In this document: in pieces, positions 30,401 to 45,400 of the stretch
Layout: each line of letters begins with the position of its first letter
How positions within the stretch are numbered: position 1 is the first letter of the stretch
NCBI RefSeq assembly: GCF_964355755.1
Contig: NC_092678.1
Location: 21,841,365 to 21,905,364 of the forward strand
Length of the DNA: 64,000 bases
Direction: 5' to 3'
From: Antedon mediterranea
Taxonomy: Eukaryota; Animalia; Echinodermata
Made by a program: the position numbers and the translations under genes
The notes under the pieces: model-generated
Databases searched by the model: none
What the model was told of the DNA's origin: nothing
Seen by the model: the letters and a program-made list of their open reading frames with translations, nothing else

Positions 30401-33400
30401 CAAATGCCACAATATTCTGTAGTCCTAAGTGCAAATGCCACAATATTCTGTAGTCCTACTGTAAGCACAAATGCCACAATATTCTGTACTCCTAAGCACA
30501 AATGCCACAATATTCTGTACTCCAAGCACAAATGCCACAATATTCTGTAGTCCTAAGCACAAATGCCACAATATTCTGTACTCCTAAGCACAAATGCCAC
30601 AATATTCTGTAGTCCTAAGCACAAATGCCACAATATTCTGTACTCCTAAGTGCAAATGCAACAATATTCTGTAGTCCTAAGCACAAATGCCACAGCATTC
30701 TGTACTCCTAAGCACAAATGCCACAATATTCTGTAGTCCTAAGTGCAAATGCCACAATATTCTGTAGTCCTAAGTGCAAATGCCACAATATTCTGTAGTC
30801 CTAAGTGCAAATGCCACAATATTCTGTAGTCCTAAGTGCAAATGCCACAATATTCTGTAGTCCTAAGTGCAAATGCCACAATATTCTGTAGTCCTAAGTG
30901 CAAATGCCACAATATTCTGTAGTCCTAAGTGCAAATGCCACAATATACTGTAGTCCTAAGTGCAAATGCCACAATATTCTGTAGTCCTAAGTGCAAATGC
31001 CACAATATACTGTAGTCCTAAGTGCAAATGCCACAATATTCTGTAGTCCTAAGTGCAAATGCCACAATATTCTGTAGTCCTAAGTGCAAATGCCACAATA
31101 TTCTGTAGTCCTAAGTGCAAATGCCACAATATACTGTAGTCCTAAGTGCAAATGCCACAATATTCTGTAGTCCTAAGTGCAAATGCCACAATATACTGTA
31201 GTCCTAAGTGCAAATGCCACAATATTCTGTAGTCCTAAGTGCAAATGCCACAATATACTGTAGTCCTAAGTGCAAATGCCACAATATTCTGTAGTCCTAA
31301 GTGCAAATGCCACAATATACTGTAGTCCTAAGTGCAAATGCCACAACATTCTGTAGTTCTAAGTGCAAATGCCACAATATTCTGTAGTCCTAAGTGCAAA
31401 TTTATTTATTTTATTTATGGCACAATATACTGTAGTCCTAAGTGCAAATGCCACAATATTCTGTAGTCCTAAGTGCAAATGCCACAATATTCTGTAGTCC
31501 TAAGTGCAAATGCCACCATATTCTGTAGTCCTAAGTGCAAATGCCACAATATACAGTACAGTACCTCTTACTGTACTGTACTATACTGTACAGTACCTCT
31601 TACTGTACTGTACTATACTGTACAGTACCTCTTACTGTACTGTACTATACTGTAGAGTACCTCTTACTGTACTGTACTGTACTGTACTATACTGTAGAGT
31701 ACCTCTTACTGTACTGTACTATACTGTAGAGTACCTCTTACTGTACTGTACTATACTGTACAGTACCTCTTACTGTACTGTACTATACTGTACTGTACAG
31801 TACCTCTTACTGTACAGTACCTCTTACTGTACTGTACTATACTGTACAGTACCTCTTACTGTACTGCGCTGTACTGTACAGTACCTCTTACTGTACTGTA
31901 CTGTACTATACTGTAGAGTACCTCTTACTGTACTGCACTGTACTGTACAGTACCTCTTACTGTACTATTCTGTACAGTACCTCTTACTGTACTGTACTGT
32001 ACTGTACTATACTGTAGAGTACCTCTTACTGTACTGCACTGTACTGTACAGTACCTCTTACTGTACTATTCTGTACAGTACAGTACCTCTTACTGTACTG
32101 TACTGTACTATTCTGTACAGTACCTCTTACTGTACTGTACTGTACTATACTGTACAGTACCTCTTACTGTACTGTACTGTACTATTCTGTACAGTACCTC
32201 TTACTGTACTATACTGTACTATACTATACTGTACAGTACCTCTTACTGTACTATACTGTACTATACTGTACAGTACCTCTTACTGTACTGTACTGTACTA
32301 TACTGTACAGTACCTCTTACTGTACTATACTGTACTGTACTGTACAGTACCTCTTACTGTACTATACTGTACAGTACCTCTTTAGTATAACTTTAATACA
32401 GTAAAGCACTGTGGGCACAATAATGGTTTTTACTGTAGAAGATTGTAAACGCAAAGTTTAAATGTGTATGCTGACACCTACAATAAATGGGTGAATTGAT
32501 ACTGTATGAATAGTTTTCAGTTTATGTAAACTTTTATGGTGTTTTTATCAAAACAACCCAGTTGATAAGAGCAACCTACTACAACAATGCTATCAACCCT
32601 CATGCTGAGTGCTGTTATTACTCTTTCAACTTGACCATACAGAGATAAAGGAATCTATCCTATGCTTGTGTACAATAAACTGTATGAATTTTATAAACAG
32701 TGGTAAAACATACTGTAGTGCTGACGTCAAGTGTGACATCCTTAGATGAGATTGCGGTCAAAAGCCTTCACAAGCCATACCTACATTTGTATGGTTTTGG
32801 TACTGAGTATTAAAGTTACATTTTACTACAGTAGTATAAATAACTATGGAATAATTCTTTTTTACTCCATGCTAATTAACATAAAGAAGCAGTACCAAAA
32901 TCAATATAGAAATTTGTGTATTGAAAAATGTCTAAATTAAACTCGCTCACTGATGAAAGGTACCTTGCCGATCATAAACTATTTCAATTGCGCTAAAGGA
33001 TTTAAAACATGAAACTCCAATTAGACTACCATATCGTCGTATTCCTCCTCATTCTATATCAAGTGTTAAGTCTATGTTACAAGAAATGTTAGACCAAGGA
33101 ATAATTAGGCCGTCCAAAAGCGAATTTGCAAGTCCCATTGTGTTGGTCAAAAAAAAAGACGGGTCTTTGCGCATGTGCGTTGATTATAGGAAGTTGAATT
33201 TCCAAACGTTGAAAGATTCATTTCCCCTACCACGCATTGATGAGGTTCTAGAAGTACTCACTGGGTCTTGTTATTTTTCTATCTTAGATTTATCTCATGG
33301 ATTTTTCCAAATTATAATGGCAGACGAATCTATTAATAAAACTGCATTTAGGGTTCCTTGGGGACTGTATGAATTTGTTCGTATGCCGCAGGGTCTGTCT

Positions 33401-36400
33401 AATAGCCCGGGAACATTTCAACGTGTAATGGAATATGTATTAGGCGACATGAATTTGACTCAGATTGTGTTGTACTTGGATGACATTTTGATATTTTCTT
33501 CTTCGTTTAAACAACATTTATCTAGATTAGAAAATGTGTTGTCCAGATTGTACTGTATAAGTATGGGTTAAAGGTTAAGGGGAAGAAGTGCGATTTCTTT
33601 AAGACGGAGGTAACCTATTTGGGTCATGTTATCTCATCTGCTGGAGTTGCTGTAGACTATGGGAAAATAGAAAAGATACTGACCTGGCCAACGCCAAAAA
33701 GTATTACTGAACTTAAATCATTTCTGGGACTCTCTTCATACTATCGAAAGTTTATTTGTAATTATGCCAAAATTGCTGCGCCCTTGCATTTGGTAACCCG
33801 GTTGTCTGACACACAAGCGGGGAAGGCCCACAGTTTTCGTTGGACTGAAATTGAAGAAGCCGCATTTGTTGAATTAAAAAATGCTTTAACTAAACCCCCA
33901 GTTCTTGTATATCCCAAATTTGATGAACCATTTGTTATTGAAGTAGATGCCAGTTTGAAAGGTTTAGGTGCTTGCTTGTTGCAGGAGTCTAATGGTTCTC
34001 TTCATCCAATTGCTTATGCAAGTAGAAGTCTTCGTGGTGCTGAATGCCGATACCCTGATTTATCGAGTTTTAAGTTAGAGTTGTTGGGGCTAAAATGGGC
34101 AGTGGTGGATAAATTCGCTTCTTACATTCAGGGTTCAAAGGTTACCATTTTTACTGATCATAATCCTTTAGCGCATTTAAAAACTGCAAAGCTTGGCGCT
34201 ACAGAAATGAGATGGGTCTCTCAGTTAGCTATGTTCGATATTGAAATCAAATATAAGCCAGGTTCTAGCAACAAATGTGCCGATACTTTAAGTTGTCGTC
34301 CGATTAGTGTGTGTACGGATTTTAAGTCGGATCTAGGAGTTATCGCTTCATGTCTTAATATATATGTTGATTCTCATCTCTCAATTAATAAGTGTAAACC
34401 ATGTATTGAAATTGATCAATCATCACGTAATATTAACAAAGCATTGTCTATTTTTCCTTCTTACTCCCATGAGCAGTTGGCAGAATGTCAGAAGAAAGAT
34501 AGGGAATTGGGAGAAATCTGGAAATTATGGATAGAAAAATGGTGTCCTGGTGACCGCTACAATACAGATAATTCTAGAATGTTGGGCTGGTTGAGACAGT
34601 GGACAAGTTATAGAGAGATTTGTGGAGTTCTGTATAGAGAGATCAATGAGGATATCCATGGTAAAATTCATCAATTGTTAGTGCCTACTAATTTGCGCAA
34701 TCTTTTTATAGATTTATGTCATGATAAATGGGCTCATCAAGGAGTTCAACGGACTATACAACTTCTAAAGCGTCGATGTTTCTGGCCAGGTATGAATGGT
34801 GATGTACGTACGCATATTTCCAAGTGTTTTAGTTGTGTATCTAGTAAAGTCCCTACTCCAACGGTCAAACCCCCTCTTCGTCATATTCTAGCCTTTCGTC
34901 CCGAAGAGATTCTTGCTATAGATTTCTTAAAGATGGATCGTGGAAAGGGAGGCTATGAGGACATTCTTGTTATGACTGATGTGTTTAGTAAGTTTTCATT
35001 AGCGGTCCCATGTAAAGATCAGACGGCTGATACAGTGGCTCGTGTATTGAGAGATAATTGGTTTTCCCACTATGGTGTGCCAGCACGGTTACATTCGGAT
35101 CAAGGTAGATCCTTTGAGGGTAAAATTATTCAAGGTATATGTAGTCTTTATGGCATGACAAAATCTCGCACTACAGCGTATTGGCCTGCAGGTAATGGGC
35201 AGTGCGAACGTTTCAACAAGACCTTATGCAGTTTATTGCGTTCTTTAAGCCCGAAAGATTGACGCAAATGGCCCGAATTGCTGCAGCATATTGTGTTTAT
35301 GTATAATTCCACCCCTCATACCGTTACAGGTGTAACACCGTATCTTCTTATGTTTGGTCGTGAACCATTAATTCCATTAGATCACTTTATTGGAGGTGCG
35401 GAGCAAGATTGGTCTGAGGATTATTTGACTAAAGAAGCTGATCTCATGAAGAGGGCATATGAAGTGGTTTCACGTAGAATCAAATCAGCAGCAGCTAAAG
35501 AAGAGCATCGTTATAAGTCTTGTTCTCCGACGGAAATATTAGAAATTGGTGATCGGGTTTTACTTCGTCGAAGACATTTTAATACTAGACATAAATTGGC
35601 TAATAAGTTCGAGGAGCACTCGTATATTGTTGAGACTATTAACAAAGAAGCAGACGTTTTTGGTATCCGCTCTGCAGTTGGGGGTCCTTTGAATTATGTT
35701 AACCGCAGACGATTGCGATCGGATCCTAGGAGTGTGGTGGAAGAACTGGTACATTTTGATTGGAATGAGTGGTTGCCGTATGATGGTCTAGAAGTGGATG
35801 TAAATTATAAAGATGAAAGTTGTGAGTCTGAATCGGACGATGATGTTGAAAGTTTTAAGATTGTTGTAGATGTGAATTCTGATCAATCAATAGATGTTGA
35901 GCGTGATGATTCGAGAGTAATTCCAAGGCGATCATCTCGTTTTACAAAAGGTGTTCACAAAAATCGATATCGCTTACCCATGTCCACTCTTAAAAAATAA
36001 ATTTGTTTCGCTCCTTTTGGGTCAAAAGGGCATCCAAGCGGGGAAATTGTAATGGATCGGAAAGCTTCCGAAGTTTCTTATATCTACATTATTGGTGGCG
36101 CAATTTTTCGCATTGCATTGCTATTGTTCACTACTGGTATTCGCGGGCGTATTTGCATATCAGGTGAATGATTATATTGTATAGGCTGCGTGAGCGTTGG
36201 TTCTGCAGAAGTTGTTTTACCGTATATTTCGGTGTATAAGTCGCACTTTTGACACGCAAATTTGACCTCTAAATTAAGGGTGCGTCTTATACACCGAACA
36301 TAAATGCCTCACCACACAGATTGTACATAGGCCTAGGCTATCGTCACCTCGTTTGCTAGGCCTGAGTAGGCTAAGCCTAGCTACAGTAACTAACTAACGT

Positions 36401-39400
36401 AACGGCCCGCGTAACGGCAACCTGCTTCTGCCTAGTTTTCAAGTCATTTTAGCATGATGTTATACTAAATATGATGAAAAGATTTGTTCATTATGGCGCT
36501 CCGATAAAATTTCATTTGTAAACGTTTACGTACGATTGGAATAGTATTTATTTATACAGTAGTTATACGCACGATCGCCGTACCCCAAGCGCAAGCCCTT
36601 CTTTTGGTGGCCACATGGTGTACGGTATTCGACTAGTATATTCTCCAGGTGATTATAGCATGGACCTAGCGTACACACTTCTCGGATACATAGATACTAA
36701 TCGAATACGATTGTCCGTGAAAACGTGCGCCCTCTCGAAATGATCGAGCGAGGCTAGCCCACACACGTGCGTGTTACACACACGGTCATGCACTCGATGT
36801 TGCGGCGAAACTCATGAATAACAAGTTAGAAAGAACTTGTTGAGGCTGGGCGCGGCCGAGCCTAGGTAAGAAAAAACCTAAATAAAGGACGCCGTTGTAG
36901 ATATAACAAAATATATTATTACAATAATATTGATTACAATTTAAAAAAACATTGTTTTGATGAAATATAAGGTGCGTCTTATACATCGACGATATAAAAA
37001 ATACCGATATTTTACTCTCAGTTGGGGGTGCGTCTTATACACAGGTGCGACTTATACACCGAAATATACGGTAGTTGTTGTCTGAGTAAGACATGTTATA
37101 TACTGTATTTCTTTAAAGTGTGGATTCTCGCCAATACTGTGAGTAGATATTTTCTATACAACCATAATGTTTTACAGTATTACTCCATGTGCATAACCGA
37201 GTTAAGTTGTTATCGTTCATTATTTGTAACGACCATGAATTCACTGTTTAATAATTTCTCTTTGATATACAGCTTTGTCTTATTAGATAGCATACATGTT
37301 GAAGTTAGTTGTATAACATGCCATGTTGAAGTTAATTGGATAACTTACCAGGTTGACGTGATTAGTAGTATGAAATTGGTGTATTGGATCCAGGTATAAG
37401 TTCGTTAAATGTTATATACAGTAATATTAATTGATAATTAGTGAAGTGACCATATTGTAGTAAGCTTGCTTGTGATTGTTTTTATTGTTGAATTATATTA
37501 CACTGCTGATGCATAATAATTATGACGTTGTTTTATACAGGGTTTGTTGTTCCTGTTTAGAAAAATAAACGATACAGAGTAAATACAGCCTCATTTTGCG
37601 TATTGTTTCGTTGCATGGGATACATGGCTTCACAAACCAAACCTTAATGGTCTAAACCTAGCAAATCAATATTAAGGATTCCCGAACCACGACAAATTGG
37701 CGTTTTATTTATTTTAACATTACTTTTGGCTATTTTGACCCTAGTGGCTGCCTATAGACATAATACTATAATATCCGTATTCAACAAGTATTTTCCATCG
37801 ATACTGATTTATAAAAATATTCACAAAAATTCTATTTCTTAGATCATTAATTCATGCAAAGGTGTTTTAACAATACTTTTGGTTATTTTGACCCTAATTG
37901 CTGCCCATAGACATAATACTATAATCTGTATTTCAACACAGACATGCATTGTCCATCGATATTGATTTATTGTCATAATAATTACCCGAGATTAATGAAA
38001 ACAAGGAAAACAATACAATGTATTGTTGTTATAACTAACGAGAAATTGTTGATCATGATAGATTAGCAAACGGAATTTGACAATAAAAGTATTTCCATCA
38101 ATATTGATTTTAATTATAACAGTTTAAATACCGGAAACTGGTTATTTTTGGCAATAATAATAAGTACATACAAACAAAAGATTGACAATTTTAAAATAAT
38201 AAATAAACATGCATAATTAAAGCTCCATCCCCTACAATGTATGAACATCGTAAACTAGCTATAGTACAGACATAGCTTGTATACTGTAGTTGCTGCATTC
38301 ATTGTCTTTCTGTTTTTGCCAGAATCTGTTAAATACAAATTTGGAAAATCCCGGTATTTTCACTGAAAAGTTACGATTCTTCCATTTGTTCTGGCCTTGA
38401 CAATCGATCGAATAAGGGTGAATCACAGAAGAAAAGCGAAAATATCAATCTGCCGCACGCAATGCATGTTGGGCTTTATAGCGGGCTGCTTAAATTATTA
38501 GAATCAACTTATTTTTCACATTTTTAACCATTTAGGACCTGACCATAGTATTTACTGTACACATTAACTTGTTTCATAAAATAAGTAAAGTAGGAACAGG
38601 GCTTTAAATAAACGATTATTATTAATCATGCCTAGATTTTTAAAAAACAAAAAAAAATGTATTGAGGGGACATCATCGGGACCAACAAAGTGTCCCATAA
38701 ACAAAATATAGCTGGGCAACTTTCATATAAAAATTCAGCCTTCGTAATTAATCTACAGTACTTACGCAAGGTCGACTAAGACGGAGATGACTGTAACATT
38801 TAGTTGGAAGGCTTGTCTATAATATGTCTTTGCCTTTCCGATCATTTAGCACTTCAAGCGTACAAGTTAATTAATGTTGGAATAAGTGCCTTATAATTGC
38901 ATTATCACAAATGAAAAATACTGCATCACCACAAAGAGCTTTCTTGTTAAGACGTAATTATACTTAAAGTTCTATTGATTTCCATATTAAATTGGTAGCT
39001 AATTGCACCATAGCTGGAGGTATATTTTGAGAAGGTCTTGGTAATTGGAGCTTAGCATTACCAGCCAACAGTACTACTAATACGTTCTACATTTACGCGC
39101 AGTCTTCTGTAGAAAAACTGGAAATATCCAGGGACCATGCAATAACTATTCCACGTAAAAACAGACACAATTTTGCTTTTTTTGGAGACAGGGGAAAGAC
39201 ACAACTTTCAGAAGGGTATTTTCTTACGTTGCGTCACCTAAATCTATGACACTATGATACAGTAGATAGAGGTAGTTTGATTTTGAGAAGAACTCAGTAA
39301 TTGGAACATACAGTACTAATTACGTTCTAAAAACACTGTATTGCAAAAAATATCTGTTAGACTAATTCCACGTACAATCTACGTTCGGACGATCATTTTC

Positions 39401-42400
39401 TTAACTGTACAGTACATTGCGTCACCTAAATTAAAATCTGACACTTATTTTTTTATGTTATTGTTAGTTAAACGAGTCTGGAAACTTTGCTGTTAAAGTG
39501 TTATAATAATAATTATAATATGACCTTGCTTGCGATATGGAAATGTAACTCCATGGATCTCAACATATGTACTGTACAGCACACTAAATTTCTAATAGGA
39601 GATTATACAGTTCTATTCTACTTGTATCTACTGTATCTATTAATGGAATCTACATACTCCTCCTATTGCATTATGGGATATACATTGAGCATGGGATTAT
39701 AATGTACTTTGTCCTACAGTATAGTACTTTAAAGAAGAATCCTAGTACTGTAACTGTAGATATTTTATTGCCGAGAGTTCTAACAGATATTTTTTTGCAA
39801 TACAGTATTTCTTAATAATAAACAGTGATTTAAAATGTGTTCACAGTTTTAAACAGTATGTGTTTTACTCTGAAGGACGGAAGTACTGTAGGGGATAGTC
39901 TTTTAATTTCTAGAACTTTCAACCTCTTTTATGCTAAAGATTAAAAGGAGAGGGATTGCCAAATTGTTGACACAACCTCAATGTACAGTTGATATCAAGT
40001 TAGGCATCACTATTCTTTATCATGCAAATAATTAACAGGAGTTTAAAATAAACAGGGATTACTTTATAGCCTGTACTGAAAGTAATCCCTGTTTATTTCT
40101 TCAAAGTGTCAGAATCAGTGAAATATATATATTTATACTGGGTAACCTCTTCAGTCAAAGACTGGTCTCCCAGAGGGCCCAGTTGGTGATCAGTGGCTGT
40201 GTACTAATACACCGGGGTAACCCCCTACTCGTCTCGAAAGATGTACTAGGTTCTTTAAAGTGCACACGAGCAAGTTGTGTACACTGGACCTACGGTTTAT
40301 AGTCCTTATCCGAGAAGACTCGTTCTACCAGCAGAACCATGGAGTGAGTGAGCCTCGAACCCCTGCCGATGTTATGGCTACGTGATTACGGTTCCACTGT
40401 CTTAACCGCTCGGCCACTCAGTATTTTTTTCTTTGGTGGGTGTGTCCCACATTCTCTTTATAATAATAATATAATACAAGTTTCCTTGTACTGTAAATAC
40501 AGTTAGGCTTAGCCTGTATTGTTATATCATTTTGCAGACCTTGATTTAAAAGGAGCGCCATGGACGCTCCTTGGCGCTCCTGAAAACGATCAAAGGAGCG
40601 CCTAAAATAGCGCTCCCCAACCTGTTACAGTGCGTCATAAAAATATATATAATGATAAGAATATTAACCCTGAATACAACACAGTCTATATATAGTCGCG
40701 CAAACGATCTTTGTTATGGCTACCCCCGATAGGCTAGGCGTGCCTACGATCTTTGATGTTGCAAGAAAAATATCGTAAACAATTCATTCTAAATATAGTA
40801 TCAGAACGTTCAATCGGTCGCTCAAAAAGACTGCCGACAGAAGACTGTAATTATACAGACCTAGTTTTTTTGGTCACATGGCTGCTGGCATGAAACGCGA
40901 TACTCTCTGCTCTGCTCTCTGCTACATCTCACACGAGAGGGTGGCTGCCGACGACGATACCTGGATTTTGTGTCACATGACATGAAACATAATACTCTCT
41001 GATCTGCTCACATTTTTTCCCCTCCAAATTCTGGTCGGGCCTTTTCTTATACACATGTCGTAATGTTAAATCTTATACTATAGTAATTATATATGGAATA
41101 TATATTTATTTTGCATATATTTCGTTGGTGTCCTAGCCTTGGCGTCGTTGTTTTTATAATTCGCTAACCCAAGGTAGGATTAAATAATTTATAGTGTAGG
41201 CCACCGAAACTAGACTAGATAGCCTCGACTCTCTCTCTGCGTGAGCTGAGGTCCACGGACCCGATGTCGTCGCGTCGGCGGATTTCCGTCCAAATTAGGA
41301 TAACCGATGCGTAGGCCTAGCTAGGGTGGCTACAAAAATTGACATTTACTATCTTAAGATAGGATTTTAATTAGTAAACAATACATTGTTTGTTTGCATT
41401 GTCCATGCTTCTAAGGGCGATGACAATGGTGTTTACTAACCCTACGAACCACCCTACGATCGACGCGTAGATAATTATCATAACAATACATCGTATTCGT
41501 AGACTACGTTCAGAGAACAATGACCTACGATCAATTTTACGTGCGAGAGTACCATTTCCGGCCATCTAGGTGTGTCATTTATCAAAATTCGGCTCCCTAC
41601 AGGCCCAACCATGGTGGGCCTGTGCCTCGGATACTTAATCAAAATAATGGCTCTCCTCAACATATTGAGGAGAGCCATTAGGAGCTCTCCTCTTATATTT
41701 ATAAATCAAGGTCTGATTTTGTTTTCTAACTTTAAGTTTTACTTTAATTTACTCTGGACGCACCTTCATTCAAGAAGTGTGCCACTGTTTCAAATGTGTA
41801 GCTTCCAAATAAATTATTATTACTGTATATTATTATAAAATGGTTAGGACACTACTACTAGCATCTAACTACTGTAACTCTTAATACTGTACATTTTCAG
41901 TATATACTTTATTGTACAACATGATAAATTGGAACTATATAGTTTAGTGGATATTATAATATACTGTAGAAAGTCAATGGTACAGTATTTTAAGTGACAC
42001 AGATTAGAAATGAAATAATAATTATTATAAACAATATACAGTAACTGAATAGGAAAATTCACTACAGACTTTGAGACCATGATACTTGTACTGTACATGC
42101 ACTATGTACAGTAATAAAGGACAATGTAGTATTGATACAGATACTAAGACTGTACTATTAAATAGCAAAGATTTATTATGAATTTTTAGTAAATTAGGAA
42201 AATTAATTAGACTTAGGCATTATAAATAAATACTGTAGATATGTACTATTATTAAAATCCTAACAACATGCAGATTCACAGAATTGTGTGTCTTTTTGGT
42301 TCGTTATTCGGATTACGTGTGAATATACCATTTCATGTACCATTAGTTGATCCCATTCATTGGTTAAAGAAATAAAGTAATATTCAATGGGATTGTTACT

Positions 42401-45400
42401 AATCAATGCACTACATAACAGGCCTAGTATAATGCAATATACAGTAACTGAATTAATCTGAGTGCCGCATTTAGCCAGTCTTTTGTAAAATTTATTAAAT
42501 TTTTTTAGGTGAAAGTGGCAGGTTTTGTGTTAAATAACATCACTTGCATTTACTTTGGACCTAATAGGTGTGTTTAAAAAACATATTAATGACTGACCTA
42601 CTGTATGTTTATTAAATGGAGGGAATATCTTTTCTATTTAACTTTATAAACATTCACTGTTCACAACTACAGTACTGTATAGGAAAGGTACAGTAGGCGA
42701 GTTATAAAACAAATAATGTCCTACAATGACCTGTATATTCATTGAATGGAGAGAATATCTTTCCTATATTCAACTTGAAAAACATTCACTGTTCACATTC
42801 AACTACTGTATTGGAAAGGTACAGTAGGCGAGTTATAAAACAAAATGTCCTACAATGACCTGTATATTCATTGAATGGAGAGAATATCTTTCTCTTTCAA
42901 CTCATAACATTCATTATTTGTTCTATTTACCTGTAGCTTGGTAAGCAGGGCAACATCTGATGCTGAATTAATGTGAGGCTTAGCTGCTTTTCTGAATTGT
43001 TTCTGAGCAGCATACCGATTCATAGGCCAAATTTTGAAAAGACAATCTAAAATAAACAATATATTATATTATTTCTCGTCTTATAATTAATAATAATATT
43101 TATTTGGTCACCAATGAAAAATAACGAGGAGTGAGAATAGGATTCTGCACTTAATACTTCATACAATACTGTACAACGGTAATATTAAATACTTTAGAAT
43201 CTTATATACTGTATACTGAGGAAATTAAATAATTGTACAGTATATGGTAAACATTAATAACAAATACTGTAAGTAAATGAAATAAAGTGTTAATAAATAT
43301 TAAATTAAATACAGAGCTGTGGTTTTGTGGTCAAGATGTTTGCCTACCAATACACGGTTCTCGGTTCAAATCCACTCCCAGATTTATGTGAAACAATTTA
43401 ATGCACATTCGACCATGCTAACATTCGTATCATACTGTTGACTGTCGGCACAATTGACCGTGCATACAGTGTACAATACAACTGTGCCTATAGTATAGCT
43501 TCTGAATGAGGAAAGTGATAATAAACTGATGACTATAAAATAAATTTGCTGGTCTCACCTCTAAATTTTTTAGGTGGGTTTCTGATGTCCCCTGCATCTG
43601 GTTGAACAACACATCTGTCATCAACCAACCTACACAAAATAAACATGAAAAACGATGAAGACAAAGTTGATTTGAAGATTTTTTTTAGTCTACTGAACAT
43701 AACATAAAATATATTTTACATTCATAATTCAATAAATGAAATATCAGAAAACTAAAAAAAAAATGTTATTTAATAAACATTTTCAACATGTCTACTTTAT
43801 GTTATGTTATTTATTTATTATTCAAAATTTTTTGTTTTGTTTTTGACAAAGTTCTGTTATTTATTTGTTAATTTTATAGCTTAAGTTAGTTAAGATAAAA
43901 GGTACCAAGCTTGATTACCTCCGGCTATATCTTGGCTACCTTTTGTATTGATTGTTTGATACAGTACAATAAAGAAGAAGAAATGGCCAAGAATAATATT
44001 GAAATCTGTAGTGTAATCTCTTCTACTGTGGACTAATTCAAAATAAACACGCATCCGTGATACAAACGATTTCTTTGTTATGGCATTGCAGAAAAAAAAC
44101 AAATTGTGCCAAAATTACATTTAACATACTGTATATAAAAAAATTTATATAAAAAATTATACAATGTATACAGATATATAAATTCCATTTGATAGCAGTC
44201 CATACATTCAGAAAAATTTGCAGTTAAAATACAACATGAGTTTATTCTCGACATTATTCCACGTGGTAGAGTTTATTATAGTTAATTAACCAAGCCTACT
44301 GTACATATAATAATTATTATATAGTATAATAGTATTTACTGTATACTAAAAATAAAAAATAAAATACCGTATATTTCGGTGTATAAGTCGCACCTGTGTA
44401 TAAGACGCACCCCCTTTAAACTGAGAGTAAAATATCTGTATTTTTTATATCGTCGATGTATAGACGCACTTTATATTTCATCAAAACAATGTTTTTTTAA
44501 ATTGTAATCAATATTATTGTAATAATATATTTTGTTATATCTACAACGGCGTCCTTTATTTAGGTTTTTTCTTACCTAGGCTCGGCTGCGCCCAGCCTCA
44601 ACAAGTTCTTTCTAACTTGTTATTCATGAGTTTCGCACCCGCAACATCGAGTGCATGGATATGATGACCGTGTGTGTAACACGCACGTGTGTGGGCTAGC
44701 CTCGCTCGATCATTTCGAGAGGGCGCACGTTTTCACGGACAATCGTATTCGATTAGTATCTATGTATCCGAGAAGTGTGTACGCTAGGTCCATGCTACTG
44801 TATAATCAACTGGCGAATATACTTTCGAATACCGTACACCATGTGGCCGCCAAGAAGGACTTGCGCTGGGGGTACGGCGGTCGGCGATCGTGAGTATAAC
44901 TATAAATAAATACTATTCCAATCGTAAACGTTTACAAATGAAATTTTATCGGAGCGCCTAAAACAACTCCATATTAAAGCCCCATTCCCTACGTTTTTTA
45001 GATCTAATTTAAGATCACAAACTATATTTAATGTAAAAATAATACTATATGATCCTATTGCGATAACTTTTTTCGTCTTTAAACGGTTAAAAATGTGAAA
45101 AATAAGTCGTTTCTAATAATTATAGCGGCCCGCTATAAATCCCAAAATGCATTGCGCGTGGATTGATATTTTTGTTTTTCACCTGTAATTCGCCCACTTT
45201 TCGATCGATCGTGAGGCCAAAACAAATGGAAGACTCCTAACTTTTCAGCGAAAATACCGGGTTTTCCCCAATTTGTATCAACGGAGTCTGGCAAATATAG
45301 AAAGACAATTAATGCAGCAACTATACAACGTCAGGCTAGGTATATAGGTAGCGTACGATGTTCGTACGTTACCGATGTTTACCAGCTAGGCCTACAAAAC

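Larger units (their letters stand above)
33000..37634 (+). mobile_element. 5'-truncated Ty3/Gypsy LTR retrotransposon (RT-RNase H-integrase, PPT, 3' LTR)
   Basis: RT motifs [28 protein letters not shown]; RNase H VDAS...FTDH; integrase HH-CC, IDF, HSDQG, GNGQCER; RT-RH-IN order is Gypsy; PPT aagcggggaaat then LTR TGTAA(36048)...AATAAA...TTCACA(37634). No gag, protease or 5' LTR seen. Confidence 0.95.

Noticed and set aside
30150-32385. CRISPR-like regular array and ORFs 31473-32385
   Set aside because: Head-to-tail repeats have no unique spacers, there are no cas genes and the context is eukaryotic; the ORFs are translations of satellite DNA.
33551-35262. Programmed frameshift or stop read-through in Gypsy pol
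   Set aside because: The lesions fall inside RT and integrase and are explained by a 5-bp insertion and a point nonsense change in a truncated copy.
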